From positions 1 to 64,000 of the IMG/VR virus record IMGVR_UViG_3300019927_000058: DNA of 64,000 bases; one strand, written 5' to 3'. The position numbers were made by a program, and so were the translations under genes. The stretch is from a virus. Below, piece by piece: positions 18,284 through 25,113 of this stretch (position 1 is its first letter; every line of letters starts with the position of its first letter). The notes beneath the pieces are model-generated. The model saw nothing but the letters and a program-made list of their open reading frames with translations. It searched no databases and was not told the origin of the DNA.

Positions 18284-18679
18284 TTAGTCCATCTCAAATG
18301 TTAAGTCGCCCGCAAGAATTTTCACTTCGATTCCAGAGGGAGCAGAACCGCCATTTCCAAGCACAACAGTAGCAGTGTATGGCTCTTCTCCGGTGGCTCC
18401 TTGAGTATCATTCCAAAGAGCGCCATACGTCACATTACCCCAATCATTTTGAGTCGTTCCCCAATTAATATCTACATCATTAGTTAAAGTAGTAGGAGCA
18501 GAACCGGAAATGCTAATATCTGCTTCTGCTAACTGAACACGACTATAATCAGCAGCACTTACTTCATTAGAACCATCTGGTTCATTTCCTTCATCCGCAG
18601 TATGGAGTGAAACATATACTCCACCATTCGCAATATTATTCAAAACTGTACTTTCACGAGTTGAACTTAAGTCTGACAT
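18284..18679 (-). CDS. Small tail protein of the 'SLHTAD' family (paralogue of 21983-22360)
   Basis: 131 aa. Motifs: VYVSLHTADEGNEPDGSNEVSAADYSRVQL...WGNVTYGALW...LAGDLTFEMD. It is colinear with ORF 21983-22360. Confidence 0.5.
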   Translation of the reverse strand: MSDLSSTRESTVLNNIANGGVYVSLHTADEGNEPDGSNEVSAADYSRVQLAEADISISGSAPTTLTNDVDINWGTTQNDWGNVTYGALWNDTQGATGEEPYTATVVLGNGGSAPSGIEVKILAGDLTFEMD

Positions 18680-18686
18680 GTATTAT

Positions 18687-19421
18687 CTAATTATTATAAG
18701 GCGTTAAACGAACTATATCTGCATAAGCAAATCCACCAGTAGTAGAATTTGTAGAATCCCATCCAATATAATTTCCATCAGCACTGGTATCATCAAAAGA
18801 AATAGTGGCTAATTCTGTACCATCATTGGGATCATATGCTTTAGCTGTAATAGTCGGATCTCCAAAAGAACATTCTACTATAATCCATTCTGATAGAGGC
18901 TTACCTGTATCAACTACATCAATAGCACCCGATTCTTTACTCAACATTAATCCTGTACCATATGAATTTCCTCTCAATCCCACCTGATAGCCGGGGCCTT
19001 GGTGATAAGCACTTGTATGTGCAAAACCAAATTCAAGACCGAATCCAATAGTATCAATCCGGCAAACAAAATGAAAAGTATCCCCACGATCAATCGTTGG
19101 CGTTAGTTGGTCTGTCCATATTCCTGTATTATTGAATTCAGATTCAAAACCACAGCTTCCTTCATAAACGGGAGAATTGACAATTTTCATTCCTTCTCCG
19201 CCAGAAGCAAGATCTTGATCAGCTTGATAAGGATCTAAATTGCACCTTTCAAAGTCTTCAATAACAACTTCACCGCCAAGACCTCTATCAGAAATAAATA
19301 CAAAATTAGATTTATCACTATCACTTATATCATTATTGCTTTCTTTGACATAATCATTCTCTACTGGGTTTCCAACATCTATTGCTTCTCCCGACTCAAA
19401 AATATAATCTGAATCAACCAT
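18687..19421 (-). CDS. Lectin-fold (ConA-like) fibre protein
   Basis: 244 aa. Its architecture resembles ORF 16103-16828 (EDFE...YEGSCGFESEF...FHFVCRIDT...WIIVECSFGDPTITAKAYD). Confidence 0.4.
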   Translation of the reverse strand: MVDSDYIFESGEAIDVGNPVENDYVKESNNDISDSDKSNFVFISDRGLGGEVVIEDFERCNLDPYQADQDLASGGEGMKIVNSPVYEGSCGFESEFNNTGIWTDQLTPTIDRGDTFHFVCRIDTIGFGLEFGFAHTSAYHQGPGYQVGLRGNSYGTGLMLSKESGAIDVVDTGKPLSEWIIVECSFGDPTITAKAYDPNDGTELATISFDDTSADGNYIGWDSTNSTTGGFAYADIVRLTPYNN

Positions 19422-19786
19422 TATAGTAAGTAACCTGATATATTTCCTTGAATAAGATTTCTTGTATCAGAAGTTTTGGGAATATCAACAGACTCAATAA
19501 CAATTTTTCCTGATATATCCTTGTAGTTTATATCATTCTGAGTATAATCATTATCAATTAAGTCCTTTATATCCTGCCTCTGACGTTCAATAGGCTTATT
19601 TTGACTATGAAGACTTTCAATTAAAACAATATCAATAGAAATAGATTTTGCTTGTATTTCTTGTCCAAAAAGAATGGTTTTGTCTTTGTCTACAAGATTA
19701 ATTTCTTTCCATCCGCGACTTTCAGAACGATCAATATTTGTAACTACAGGAATTTCAACACTTCCAATAGTAGTTCCAGCACTCAT
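19421..19786 (-). CDS. Tail/baseplate paralogue family member 4 (single domain)
   Basis: 121 aa. Motifs: IGSVEIPVVTN...ESLHSQNKPIERQRQDIKDLID...GKIVIESVDI. The domain is shared with the three upstream genes. Confidence 0.5.
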   Translation of the reverse strand: MSAGTTIGSVEIPVVTNIDRSESRGWKEINLVDKDKTILFGQEIQAKSISIDIVLIESLHSQNKPIERQRQDIKDLIDNDYTQNDINYKDISGKIVIESVDIPKTSDTRNLIQGNISGYLL

Positions 19787-20169
19787 GGTTCGTTTTCAGG
19801 ATAGAATTGAGGCCACGGATGATATTTAGCCTCTATCTCAACTTCATTAATTATACGACTGTCAGAATTATCATCAAAATCAACATTCTCTATAAGCAGA
19901 TGTCCCTTCCAATCACGATAGTTGAACGAATTTTCAATGGTTTCTTTCTTTGATAAATTCTTTATATGGCTTTTTTGTTCTTGAATTGAAAGCGAAGAAG
20001 AATGCAATTCTTGGTTAAGAAATCCAGTAATAATAATCGTAGGCCGTTCTGCTTCATGTTTAACTGCAACAGTTTGTGTGTTAGATGGTTGTATCTCAGA
20101 AACCTCTGATTCTTCAATAGGATTAACTCCTGCAACGATAGGTAACTCAATATTTCCTATTTCAACCAT
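19783..20169 (-). CDS. Tail/baseplate paralogue family member 3 (single domain)
   Basis: I chose the internal ATG at 20169 (MVEIGNIELPIVAG...). The track's longer N-terminus overlaps the upstream gene and is hydrophobic junk. The same domain is present: ...LHSSSLSIQEQKSHIKNL...GHLLIENVDF. Confidence 0.5.
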   Translation of the reverse strand: MVEIGNIELPIVAGVNPIEESEVSEIQPSNTQTVAVKHEAERPTIIITGFLNQELHSSSLSIQEQKSHIKNLSKKETIENSFNYRDWKGHLLIENVDFDDNSDSRIINEVEIEAKYHPWPQFYPENEP

Positions 20170-21313
20170 TTTTAACAAAACTCCGTCTGACATTTCCGTA
20201 TGTATATATAGCCTGTGCAATATCGGAACTTGAAAAATTACTTGGAATAAAACCACAATAAACTTGTATTTCTTCACCAGACAAATTATCGAGAGAAAGA
20301 CCCGAAGAAGACGAATTAAATGAACCTATATCTCTATCTCTTACAAGAATCAATTCTCGGCCAGAAGTATCAGTAGCCGAAATATAATGATTTTCTTGAG
20401 ATTGGACTGCATCTAAGGCGAAATCAAAAGAAAAAGAAGAACGATCAAATACTTTGTATCCGATAAGTGGAAGTCCACGTTTAATCGAAGTCTGCTCACC
20501 CGAAATACTTTCACAAGAAATCTGTTGATTAGTATTTTCCACTGGAAAACCAGCAGTATGAGGATATGAAACAGAACCAATCTCGGACCATCCAGAATTG
20601 TAAATATAAATTGTAGATGTATCAGAAGAATATTCTGATTTTATTACCGAATTATTTAACTCAAATGTTGACTCTACTTCACTATTTGTTGAGTATCTGC
20701 GTTTACCTGAAGAAAAGAGACGACAAGGTGATCTTCTTTCAAACGAAAAATCAGAAAATTTCAACTTTATATTAGAATTTGAATATTCATAGTAGTCTAC
20801 ATCTCCATCTTCGGAAGTATACGTATAAGTAGGCGATAACGATGTACCAGACTCAGAAACATTTACAGATGAATCAATGGCTATTAATGAAGATTCTGGT
20901 ACATTGAAATCATCATTATTAGGATAAGCAGACAAATCAAAGCCAACTGTATAATCTGAATAAGGTATAAATCTAAGAGATATTTCAGCCTCATCAAACA
21001 TTTCAGAAGCAGTTTCAAAATAATCTACACTATCAACAAGAAGGAAACCTTCATTGGAAGCATCATCAATTGGAAATTCTGTACCATGTCTTTGAACCAT
21101 GCCAAGAAGGCTGTCTTTTTGCTCAGAAAGTGTCTCTTTCCTACCGTGAATATTAGAATTAAGAAATACACTATATAATCCAGAATCTAATGCAGAATAT
21201 AGCTTGTAAGATTGCGGATCTTCATCAACGAAGTTGGTATTTATAGTTGAAATATCTATTCCTGTGTCTTTATCAGAAATAACAGGAATGTCAATATCTC
21301 CTATCCAAACCAT
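20162..21313 (-). CDS. Tail/baseplate paralogue family member 2 (family domain at the N-terminus plus a ~270-aa extension)
   Basis: 383 aa. Motifs: MVWIGDIDIPVISDKD...GLYSVFLNSNIHGRKETLSEQKDSLLGMV...GFLLVDSVDY. Confidence 0.5.
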   Translation of the reverse strand: MVWIGDIDIPVISDKDTGIDISTINTNFVDEDPQSYKLYSALDSGLYSVFLNSNIHGRKETLSEQKDSLLGMVQRHGTEFPIDDASNEGFLLVDSVDYFETASEMFDEAEISLRFIPYSDYTVGFDLSAYPNNDDFNVPESSLIAIDSSVNVSESGTSLSPTYTYTSEDGDVDYYEYSNSNIKLKFSDFSFERRSPCRLFSSGKRRYSTNSEVESTFELNNSVIKSEYSSDTSTIYIYNSGWSEIGSVSYPHTAGFPVENTNQQISCESISGEQTSIKRGLPLIGYKVFDRSSFSFDFALDAVQSQENHYISATDTSGRELILVRDRDIGSFNSSSSGLSLDNLSGEEIQVYCGFIPSNFSSSDIAQAIYTYGNVRRSFVKNG

Positions 21314-21981
21314 TATACTTCCTCTAAGAAAATTATATTGATTTCAACTTCTCTCACATCTCCTTGAATGTCTATTGTATCCGAAACAGACTCAACAGCA
21401 ACGTGTCCTTTCCCATCAATGAAATCGACCGTATTCTGTTGAGGACTTTTGTTGAGAAGTTGATAAACATCGTTTACCTGCTCTTCAATAGTCTTACCTT
21501 GACTATGTTCGTCTTGCTTCAAAAAAGCTGAATATGAACCACTTTCAAAATCAGAACTTCTTTGATAAAATTCTGAAGTATCACGAAAGAAATTTTTGAC
21601 TGCTGTATCTCTGTTAACTGAAGTATCCTTAGATACTAACAAAGGAATTTCGGCGTCTCCGATATGAAAGCTTTCTCTATATTTTTCGCCATCAATTCCA
21701 GTTACCTTATCTACAGAAACAGTGCCAAAACCAAAACCTTGCCCTTCGTTTCCGAAATTAAGCATACAGATAAGTTCTGGCGAAGAAGAATCTCCTTTGC
21801 CTTGGGATGCAGCAGATAAATTAAGCGTGCCTACTAAACTACTTGTTCCATCAGCAACTCCTTTTCCTTCTGCGAAAAATTCCTTTACAATTTGTTGTAT
21901 TGCTTCTGAATAGTTATAGTCATAACCACTATCCAGTTCAATACCAGATTCTTCTTCAATGACACGCTCTTCAATAGGCAT
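21313..21981 (-). CDS. Tail/baseplate paralogue family member 1 (family domain at the C-terminus)
   Basis: 222 aa. Motifs: HIGDAEIPLLVSKD...GSYSAFLKQDEHSQGKTIEEQVNDVYQLL...GHVAVESVSD. Confidence 0.5.
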   Translation of the reverse strand: MPIEERVIEEESGIELDSGYDYNYSEAIQQIVKEFFAEGKGVADGTSSLVGTLNLSAASQGKGDSSSPELICMLNFGNEGQGFGFGTVSVDKVTGIDGEKYRESFHIGDAEIPLLVSKDTSVNRDTAVKNFFRDTSEFYQRSSDFESGSYSAFLKQDEHSQGKTIEEQVNDVYQLLNKSPQQNTVDFIDGKGHVAVESVSDTIDIQGDVREVEINIIFLEEV

Positions 21982-21982
21982 T

Positions 21983-22360
21983 CTAATCTATGACAAATTT
22001 CAGTTCTCCAGCTAAGAATCTTGCTTGCTCATCAGTATCAATAGATTTGGAATTAGAAACTTGATAAGAAGCAAGAGCATTTCCCCCAGTAAGACTATCC
22101 CACAAAGCAACATGGCTAATAGTCCCCCACGAAGAAGAAGCAGGATCAAATTCAACATCCACTCCATTTTCAAAACCATGACCATTACTGCTAACATCAG
22201 CAGGTGCAAGTGTAGTCCAATTACCAGAACCAAGTGCTTGCCGGTCGTAATTCGTAGCACTTAGCTCTGTACTTCCATCGGGACTTTCACCGGGATCAGC
22301 AGTATGCAAAGAAATATACAGTGGGTCTGGAGGAGTATCTGTAGTCACTCCTTGACTCAT
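21983..22360 (-). CDS. Small tail protein of the 'SLHTAD' family (paralogue of 18284-18679)
   Basis: 125 aa. Motifs: LYISLHTADPGESPDGSTELSATNYDRQAL...WGTISHVALW...LAGELKFVID. Confidence 0.5.
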   Translation of the reverse strand: MSQGVTTDTPPDPLYISLHTADPGESPDGSTELSATNYDRQALGSGNWTTLAPADVSSNGHGFENGVDVEFDPASSSWGTISHVALWDSLTGGNALASYQVSNSKSIDTDEQARFLAGELKFVID

Positions 22361-22420
22361 CCAGTCACGAAACTGAATTTCAGCATAATCAGTAAAGTCC
22401 GAAATAGTTAATCACCTTCA

Positions 22421-23124
22421 TTATTTTGCTTTTTTCTCTTGTCGTTCCTGTCGTCTTTTTTCTTCTTTCTTTTCAAGATTCAATATCTTACTATGTTCTA
22501 AGTATCTCTCGTAAGGAAACTCCATTAATTCGTTGTATCCAATAGAAAATTCTTCCATTAATTTATGTTCAACATACTTATCGTATGACTCATCTCCACG
22601 GATAGCCTGTTTAATTTTCTTTATACGTTTTTCAGCAGGCAATGGAAGAATTTCATCAAGTATTCCGTTAGAGTCCCCTACTTCAACTTCTATCGTTTTG
22701 CCTTCTTCATCTCTTCCGCGCTCAACGACGTACCGACTCCTAACTCGTTGAAAAAACCGGAAGCATCAACACCACCAAGTGCTTCTTCGGCTTCTTGGCG
22801 AACTTCGCGGAAAGTGTCAGCAGGCATTTTCTCAAAGTCATCGGAATCAAATGCATAGTCAGCAGCAAGGGAAATAGTCTGACGAGTTTCAAGTAGACTC
22901 CGACGCCATTGAACCTCTTCAAATGCCTCAACACCTCCTTCATCAATAATTGCCTGAACAATTTCAGACTCGTTTTCAAGAGACTCAATGGAACGAAGTT
23001 TATCTTCATCCAGATAATCAAGAAGTAAGTCAGTCTGCATAGACTGAACTTTACGCACTGTTCCGAGAGTCGGATTGCCTGAAAGTTCATGCTTCTCTCC
23101 ACCAAGTTCAAAACTGTATGTCAT
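22421..23124 (-). CDS. Predicted -1 frameshift fusion product of the tail assembly chaperone (gpGT-like)
   Basis: The -1 frame is open from 22765 down to the stop at 22421. Slipping at T TTT TTC (22756-22750) joins ...VDASGFF to QRVRSRYVVERGRDEEGKTIEVEVGDSNGILDEILPLPAEKRIKK... The track's 73-aa ORF 22421-22642 has only a TTG start and no SD. Confidence 0.5.
22690..23124 (-). CDS. Tail assembly chaperone (gpG-like, zero-frame product)
   Basis: 144 aa, helical and acidic. The N-terminus MTYSFELGGEKHELSGNPTLGTV is typical of TAC proteins. The gene lies downstream of the major tail protein, has a strong SD, and contains a slippery heptamer near its 3' end. Confidence 0.6.
   Translation of the reverse strand: MTYSFELGGEKHELSGNPTLGTVRKVQSMQTDLLLDYLDEDKLRSIESLENESEIVQAIIDEGGVEAFEEVQWRRSLLETRQTISLAADYAFDSDDFEKMPADTFREVRQEAEEALGGVDASGFFNELGVGTSLSAEEMKKAKR
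22750..22756 (-). other. Slippery heptamer T TTT TTC for programmed -1 ribosomal frameshifting
   Basis: Zero-frame codons are GGT TTT TTC (G F F). The sequence has the X XXY YYZ pattern, and the downstream -1 frame stays open for ~110 codons. Confidence 0.5.
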
Positions 23125-23133
23125 GTGTATTAA

Positions 23134-23140
23134 ATCACCT
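23134..23140 (-). promoter_or_regulatory. Shine-Dalgarno AGGTGAT upstream of the chaperone gene
   Basis: It is perfectly complementary to the archaeal 16S 3' end (..GAUCACCUCC..) and lies 9 nt from the ATG at 23124. Confidence 0.5.
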
Positions 23141-23146
23141 AATTAT

Positions 23147-23869
23147 TTACGCGGGCCACTTATATTCAAATCCGGGTAGTGGTGAACCCATGTATTCAAA
23201 TAATTCTTCTGTCGTATCAGCATGGAAAACAGCAGATAAATCAATTCTGCCTTCTCTTGTTTTGTATTCTCTCCAATAATCAACACTACACTCAACTGAA
23301 TCTTCAAAATACGAATTTATTTTGTCTTCATTTCCGGCTTCATTATTAAGAGATAATACAATATTACCTCTGATGCTTTCTTTCTTCATTGAATACGAAC
23401 CATCGCAAACATACCAGTGTTTCAATGTAGTAGGCGTTAATTCAATTTCTTTAGGAAATACTTTATCTCCCGAAGAATACCAATCAGCATACTCAGATAA
23501 TTGTTCTAAATTTCGAGTTGAAACGATATATTGGTCTGAATAATTTTCTTCATCAGCATCAGGCCGGAATCCTCTTTGTCGATTTTCTTCAGCCTTTTCT
23601 TTTGCTGTTGATTCCATACGCACACCAGTTGTCAAAATGCCAAAAATCTCATCAATGTATTTCAGATAATCTTCTTCACAAAGTATGATTCCAAATGAAG
23701 GATTTTTATCTGAATAGTCGATAAAACCATCACCCATCAAACAACCAGTTATAATTTCTTTTTGCTTATCCGTTAATTCTGGTTCACTACAAACATCACC
23801 TTTTGACCAATGTTGTCCAATATGCTTATATTTACCACAACCACGGGGGCAAAGAACTTCATGAGTCAT
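23147..23869 (-). CDS. LAGLIDADG-family homing endonuclease with an N-terminal zinc ribbon, free-standing
   Basis: 240 aa. Two LAGLIDADG-type motifs are present (IITGCLMGDGFID and LKHWYVCDGSYS), plus an N-terminal CPRGCG...C cluster. It is wedged between the major tail protein and chaperone genes. Confidence 0.75.
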   Translation of the reverse strand: MTHEVLCPRGCGKYKHIGQHWSKGDVCSEPELTDKQKEIITGCLMGDGFIDYSDKNPSFGIILCEEDYLKYIDEIFGILTTGVRMESTAKEKAEENRQRGFRPDADEENYSDQYIVSTRNLEQLSEYADWYSSGDKVFPKEIELTPTTLKHWYVCDGSYSMKKESIRGNIVLSLNNEAGNEDKINSYFEDSVECSVDYWREYKTREGRIDLSAVFHADTTEELFEYMGSPLPGFEYKWPA

Positions 23870-23894
23870 ATTGGAACTTAATCTTTAATAAACT

Positions 23895-25091
23895 TTAAGC
23901 TGTCGTCCAAGTAATAGATGAAGCCGGATCAGAACTTAAGGAATCAGCTACTAAATCGTCTGCTGTATATTCATACGGAGCGGTAGGGAAACGCACATCG
24001 CCAACTGTAAACGTTGTATTTCCAATCGTAAATTTGAAATCTTTTGCCGTGTAAGACCGAACATCCTGAAGAACATCGAAACTGTCATACGTGAAGTCCA
24101 CGTCAACAGTAATTTCTCGGTCAACAGGAACTAGAGATGCAAGTTGAGTACCACGGTCAACATTCGGATCACGAACTTCTGCAATCTCGTTAGAGATGCT
24201 TAGTTCGACGCTCTGAACAGAACCATCCATCGGGTCGCCGCCCCAAGTTACATCACTAAGATTATCATACGACCACGGTTCTGTAGTGTCTTCAGTAGCG
24301 TGAGTACCCGAAGAATCAACATCAGCAGTCGATGAATCAGTTCCACTCCCGTCAGTTTCTCCATCGACCGTAATAGTCTCTGCCGTAACTGAAGTATCAG
24401 TATTAACTAACCGAACACCAGCAACATCGGTTCCACCAACATCCGCAGCAATATAACTCGTACTAGCTTCAACGCGAGCTAACTCGTTATCAGAGCCATC
24501 ATAAAGAATAACTTCCCCTGTATCAATAGTGTCAGTAGTAACTCCAACACTGCTATCTGTTTCAGGACTAACAGGACTAGCTAACGCCGTAATTCCTGTA
24601 TCTCCAACATAATCAATGTCCTTCCAATCATTTGCTCCAGCAAACATGAAAGAGCCTTCAACTTCAACAACTCCATCTTCTTCTACTGAAACAGTAACTT
24701 CTTCACCAACACCGCCTTTCAGTCGGCGGAATTCTTCAGGGTTAAGACTTTCATTAATCTCACCAAACTGAATTGAAGGAACATCATCACTAGTTCCACC
24801 AATACTTCCTGTGAAATATTTGAGAAAATCAAAACTACCCTGCGGATGATAAGTCAAATCACCCGAATACATTTCCCGAAGCTTGACATTGACTCGTTTT
24901 TCAAGTTTATTATCAGCATTATATTCGGGAAGATACGTAATACTTTCCGATTCAACTCCTTGGTCAGCCGACCAAGAATCAACAATTCCCGGCCAAATCC
25001 AATTTGTTTCCTCTGGAAGTTCAGTTGCAAAACTCGATTCCTCTGCATATTCAATCGGTTGGCTACCGACGACTACATCTTTTCCTGCCAT
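23895..25091 (-). CDS. Putative major tail (tube) protein with an inserted display domain
   Basis: 398 aa. It follows four connector genes, precedes the chaperone and has a strong SD. Residues ~172-258 form an insertion homologous to ORF 17643-18281. The call rests on position only, and a sheath protein cannot be excluded. Confidence 0.5.
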   Translation of the reverse strand: MAGKDVVVGSQPIEYAEESSFATELPEETNWIWPGIVDSWSADQGVESESITYLPEYNADNKLEKRVNVKLREMYSGDLTYHPQGSFDFLKYFTGSIGGTSDDVPSIQFGEINESLNPEEFRRLKGGVGEEVTVSVEEDGVVEVEGSFMFAGANDWKDIDYVGDTGITALASPVSPETDSSVGVTTDTIDTGEVILYDGSDNELARVEASTSYIAADVGGTDVAGVRLVNTDTSVTAETITVDGETDGSGTDSSTADVDSSGTHATEDTTEPWSYDNLSDVTWGGDPMDGSVQSVELSISNEIAEVRDPNVDRGTQLASLVPVDREITVDVDFTYDSFDVLQDVRSYTAKDFKFTIGNTTFTVGDVRFPTAPYEYTADDLVADSLSSDPASSITWTTA

Positions 25092-25097
25092 TATTAA

Positions 25098-25104
25098 ATC
25101 ACCT
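25098..25104 (-). promoter_or_regulatory. Shine-Dalgarno AGGTGAT upstream of the major tail protein gene
   Basis: 6 nt from the ATG at 25091. Confidence 0.5.
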
Positions 25105-25113
25105 TAGTTATAA

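Noticed and set aside
14324-19421. A diversity-generating retroelement or phase-variation system acting on the lectin-fold fibre genes.
   Set aside because: No reverse transcriptase, template/variable repeat pair, invertase or inverted-repeat-flanked segment was found in the window.
20170-20277. The longer N-terminus of ORF 19783-20277 (MKKYKFIVVLFQVIFQ...).
   Set aside because: It overlaps the 3' end of the upstream gene by >100 nt and is hydrophobic and non-acidic. The internal ATG at 20169 restores the conserved family N-terminus MVEIGNIELPIV.
22411-22417. A sixth AGGTGAT Shine-Dalgarno-like site downstream of the chaperone extension.
   Set aside because: The only ATG at SD distance (22421) opens a 10-codon frame, and the next real gene starts ~50 nt further on at 22360. 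It is probably fortuitous or vestigial.
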